Shown in pieces: positions 59,766 to 64,000 of a DNA stretch of 64,000 nucleotides (within the stretch, counting starts at the first letter, position 1; every line of letters starts with the position of its first letter). The DNA comes from Symsagittifera roscoffensis (Eukaryota), in NCBI RefSeq assembly GCF_963678635.1, contig NC_087064.1, positions 32,681,028-32,745,027 of the forward strand, given 5' to 3'. Below the pieces are notes generated by a model. That model had not been told where the DNA came from and ran no database searches. It worked only from the letters and a program-made list of their open reading frames with translations. Position numbers and translations under genes: made by a program.

Positions 59766-60469
59766 GTTTTTTCCGGATAATTTAAATGCGGACTCTACTT
59801 GATCAGCAATATAGACTACAACTGGTCAATAGTATATCTATTCAGATTTAGTGTGATTCTTTCAATGTTTTGTATTTTTTTTTCATTCAATGTTTTCGTT
59901 TTTTTTTTTCGGATTTAGTCGGGTTCTTTTTTGTAGTAAACACTATTTGTCGGTTTAGTTTTCCTGCTCAACTCCTTAAATTAGCTTTTTGATTCATCTT
60001 GATGAAAAAAATTAAAATTTTTGTAACAAAACGTTTAGTTTTCTGGAGAGCCATTCTGTATTTCAATTCAAATAATTTTTCGAAGCTGTTTGTAGCAGTT
60101 AAAATTTCCGAATGTGATTTAAACTTCACATAAAATTTTGCTGAAAATTTCTAATCTGTTTGTGAGATAGTTTGAATAGTGAAGTGTTGCAGATGCTTTT
60201 GCTTGAAGTTACGCGAAAAAAACGCTAATTTTTTTGTTAAAATTGAAAAGTTCCACAGCTCAAAGAATTCTTGGTGTATATTAGAACCAAGCATTTCCTG
60301 GTCTTCTGTTGCTTAAAATTTCGTGGTCGTTTTTACATGGTGTCAACATACGCATACCTGACATTGTCTCAAAATGTGAAAAGTTTCTAAAAATCTTCAA
60401 CGTCAACAAAATTAGTGTAGTATTCATTTATTTAGTAAACTTTCAGCTGACGATTTTGTTTCACACTAA

Positions 60470-60615
60470 ATGTTAAAGTTTTTATTGTTCCTCGTTCAAA
60501 AAAGCTATTTATCGAGTTTCTGTTATAAATGAATCAAAAATGATTTTTATTGTTCCTCGTTCAAAAAAGCTCTTTATCGAGTTTCTATTATCAATGAATC
60601 AAAAATGATATTCTG
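60470..60615. repeat. Tandem duplication (~73 bp x 2)
   Basis: TTTATTGTTCCTCGTTCAAAAAAGCT(A/C)TTTATCGAGTTTCT(G/A)TTATAAATGAATCAAAAATGAT is repeated head to tail. Confidence 0.7.
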
Positions 60616-63600
60616 ATAGTTAACGTTTCCGAAGAAATGCGGCAAATTGTCTTCTTTTCAAATAATTAGCCTGATTTGAAAAAGTTTTCGAAAATGATTT
60701 TTTCTTTAGATTTTTCATTACATTTGCTTTTAATGAATTTTACGTTTTCCAGGTTTCTTCGCATTTGGCCTCGAGGTAACGCCGTTGGTTTTGCACCCTA
60801 CGGTCCGGGGTTTGAACTCCGGCCGGACTTTTTTTTTTTTTTAGTATTTATGTCCTTGATTTTCAAGACTTTCGTTCATTTGCTCAAATTTGTCGGCTTA
60901 GTTGGCACATTACAGATTTTTCTTGTGCTGTAAGCAAGTATCCTTGTGGTTGCAAATGTTGTAAATTTTTGTGTCTGGTGGGACTTTGAACTTCTTACAG
61001 ATTTTCTAAATCATTCTTTTTTCGGATCAACTTGTGTCTGCTCAAAGAATATCGGCTTTGTTTCCGCATCGTAAGTTTGGGTCCGTTGCTTTTTTAAAGT
61101 TTTGGTCCTGCTTGACATGTTTTCCTAGTTTGATAAAAACAGGTATTATGAAACTTATGGGATTGGGTTTTTCTATTACCCTTGCAATCAGGTACAAGAC
61201 TTTTTTCTCGTAAAAAACTTCGATGAAAGAATGGTCAAAATTAAAAATGGTACATTTAGGTTCAGTTTATTTTGAATTCATTTTTTTGCGGATCCGGTAC
61301 ACTTGGCCTGGAGGTAACGAGTACGCCTGAGACGGCAATGCTCCTGGGTGCGAAACTGGCATGGCCTGTTTTTTCTTTTCAAACGGGAAGTATTCCATTT
61401 CAAAACAGATTGTCGGCTTATTATGCTTATTAATTGTCTGCTTTTATTTTGTCAGCTTATTTGCAACATTGTATATGTTTTTTTGCTGCACTCAATTTAC
61501 CTTTTGGTTGCTGTCAGTGTTTTGATTTACTTCTGCTGTTTGTAATCTTTAACTTTGTATATTTTTCTTTCATGTTTTTTTTTCGCTTAAAAACTTTTTT
61601 CTGCCAAATGATTTCGGCTTAAATTTTATCGGCTTAGTGACATAATTTTTAGTACTTTTAAGGTAAACATAATGTTCATGTTCACTGGATCGCACAAATT
61701 GCTGAAATCTTTATAGAAAAAATAGCTCACGTTTTTCATGGCAACATTTTTTCGGCTTTTTTTCTAATTTTTTTTGGCTTGATAGGTTTCGGCTTATATT
61801 ATATCGGCTTAGTGGCCTCATATTGTTTCATTTGACGAGCCAACAAAGTTTTTTTGTGTGTGTATTTTGAGGGTGAAAAGGCATTGTTAATTTTATATTA
61901 GTCTTAATTCTTGTTTGGTTTTTTTTGAGGAAAAGTCTTAAAAGTCTCTAATAACTACAGATGTGCATTCATACATATTGATGCATTTATGAATGCACTT
62001 AGGTTTATATGTACTTTTTGAGTTCAATTGAAATTCATCTGCAGAGAGTGACGTAAATAGCACTCTCCAAATACAAATGTGGAAATGGCGCGACAAAAGG
62101 GAACGATTTTTAGTTTCGAAAGTGGATATTATTTTTTAGGTTTCCAGTGTAAAAAAATTTTTACCTATTGATCCACTTTTCTCATGTGGGGTTCATGTTA
62201 TAAAAAAAGCGCCAATTATAAATTGCTCTAGGAATTCAAAGAGCCTTAAAGGCATCTATTTTTTCTTTGAAATCTGAAAGTTGAGATTTTTTTAACAAAG
62301 TCAGTGTTTTTCTAAGTTTAGTTGCTTTCATTACTCTTTTCCAATATTCGATTGGCTATGTTTTCAAAACTAGCTTGATTAATTTTGATTGATATAGTTT
62401 TTTTCGACATATTCAAATTTTTTAAAAATTGTTTTCTGACTAAACGACTTTTTGGTTTTGTATCGCGCAAGTGGTGCGAATCGCAGCTTCGCCTTTGTGT
62501 TCTTTTTTGCGATCTTATTCTGGCTATGTTTGGATTTTGCAGCGAAATAGAAAAAAGTAACCTTTGAATCCAGTTTTCTTAAACGTTTTTAGTTTTCGTG
62601 AAATTCAAAGGCCATATATTTTTTTCTGTAAAAACTAATTGGTAACATTTTTTTAGAAAAACAATTTTTTTTATTTTTTCAGTTTTCTTGCTTTCATTGA
62701 CACCGCTTCTTTCAGCTCATTTAGCTATCTGTTGCTTTTGTTTGATGCATTCAACCTTTGTGTAATCAAAGTATTTGAATGGTTTAAAAATTTGCTCTTC
62801 GGTTTGAGTTTTGAAAAATTTGCAGAATCGGAACATTTTCACGGTAGACAATTAGTTCTACAGTGCTCCACTTTGCGCTATTAAGAGTTATGAACATAGT
62901 GAGTTTTCTTATATAAATCTTGCTGATTTTTTTGTTTTTTTTAGGATAAAGTCTTGAAATTTGTTCACGCTCAGTTTTGATTTTTCGCGGTTTGACTTGT
63001 GATTTCTTTTAATGTTCAGTGCATTTCCATTGTTGAAAGGAAGGCAAACTCCCCTATCGAAGAACAAAAGCGAAAAGGTCACGAAAGACGTGATCGACTT
63101 CTGATTTCGAAAAATGGAAAGTAATTATTTGGTTTCTCAGCGCAATAAAAGTTTTGCGTATTGATACAGTTTTGCTCAAATTGGGTTAGTTTCAACAAAA
63201 AAGTGTCCATCTTAAATTGTTTTAAGGCCATCTTTTTTTTCTTTGAAATGCAAAAGTTGAAGGCTCTTGAAAAAACAAGTCAGTTTTTTTTTGAGTTTCC
63301 TTGCTTTCAATACTCTTTTCCAACTGTTAGTTGGCTATGTTATTTTTAATTTTACGCGCTATTGTGTTCTGTTAATGCATAGGAAGCAAAATTACCCGCT
63401 CTCAAAATGTTATCAGATCGAGTTGAAGGGAGCAGGGTCTTCAACTGGTCTCTATTATAGTGACCAGTCACTTTTCATCTCTAAAAGCTCTACTTTTTTA
63501 CTGGTCAATATTTTTATTTATAGTCTAGAATACATCAAAACTCCTGAGGTCCCCCTTTGAACTATTTTGAGATATCCTTTTTTTGGCTGACGGACCCAAA

Positions 63601-64000
63601 AATTTTTCTAAAGGCGCGTTCGGCGCCAATTTATACTAGTTTTGAGGGGGAAGCGCGCGCCGAAAAAACGCTTTTTTTGGCCTGCTTTTTCAAAATTTTG
63701 CCTGCGGCGCAGAAAATTTAGCGAAACCAGGGTCTTTTTAGTTCTATTTGTTTTTTGTTCATTTTGTGATAATTTTGGTAGACTTTGATAAAGTCACCAC
63801 TTTTTCGGCGACCAGTTGGTAACCGTGGAAGGGAGGGTAAATCCACTAAACTATATTTTCTTGCCGGGGTCATATGGTTTAAAATAAGAAAAGTTTAAAG
63901 AAAAATGGTTTAAAATAAGAGAAGAAATTTAAGCGTGCGCTTGGTAATGGGCAACAGTGTACATACTTAAATTCTTGTTATCCTAACTAATATTATGTGC

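Noticed and set aside
60760-61370. Two short segments sharing TTGGCCT(C/G)GAGGTAACG with tRNA-like flavour
   Set aside because: Only ~17 nt shared. No foldable tRNA. Possibly another SINE family but evidence is too thin.

Overview
This window is AT-rich, intron-containing eukaryotic DNA, most likely from an invertebrate metazoan. There are no prokaryotic features, and the regularly spaced repeats are satellites, not CRISPR arrays.

The main gene is a plus-strand vault-type poly(ADP-ribose) polymerase, PARP4-like. Its first ten exons (9375-36405) encode BRCT, the PARP alpha-helical regulatory domain, an intact PARP catalytic domain (HGS/Y/E), VIT and vWA. The catalytic domain is split by an ~8.15 kb intron. 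That intron is almost entirely filled by a SINE-derived higher-order tandem satellite (19745-27690), which itself carries a later foldback-MITE insertion. The VIT intron carries a tandem cluster of degenerate FLYWCH-MULE transposon copies. Further PARP4-like C-terminal coding continues to about 36871.

A downstream plus-strand gene fragment (41218-42681) encodes a ubiquitin-like domain with an intact ...HMVLRLRGG terminus. It is phase-compatible with being a 3' extension of the PARP4-like gene, but this is unproven.

The remainder of the window is repeat-rich. It contains minus-strand LINE fragments and a plus-strand LTR-retrotransposon fragment (LTR, Gag with CCHC knuckle, start of the protease). 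That retrotransposon is interrupted by a minus-strand integrase/ATPase-bearing (Polinton-like?) element. There is also a divergent actin-like two-exon fragment, tRNA-derived SINE copies with a conserved covarying 3' hairpin, two MITE families, two satellites and several palindromes.

All coordinates were read manually. My position counts disagree with the ORF track by 1 nt between ~28800 and 29160. Exon ends are good to about +/-2 nt.
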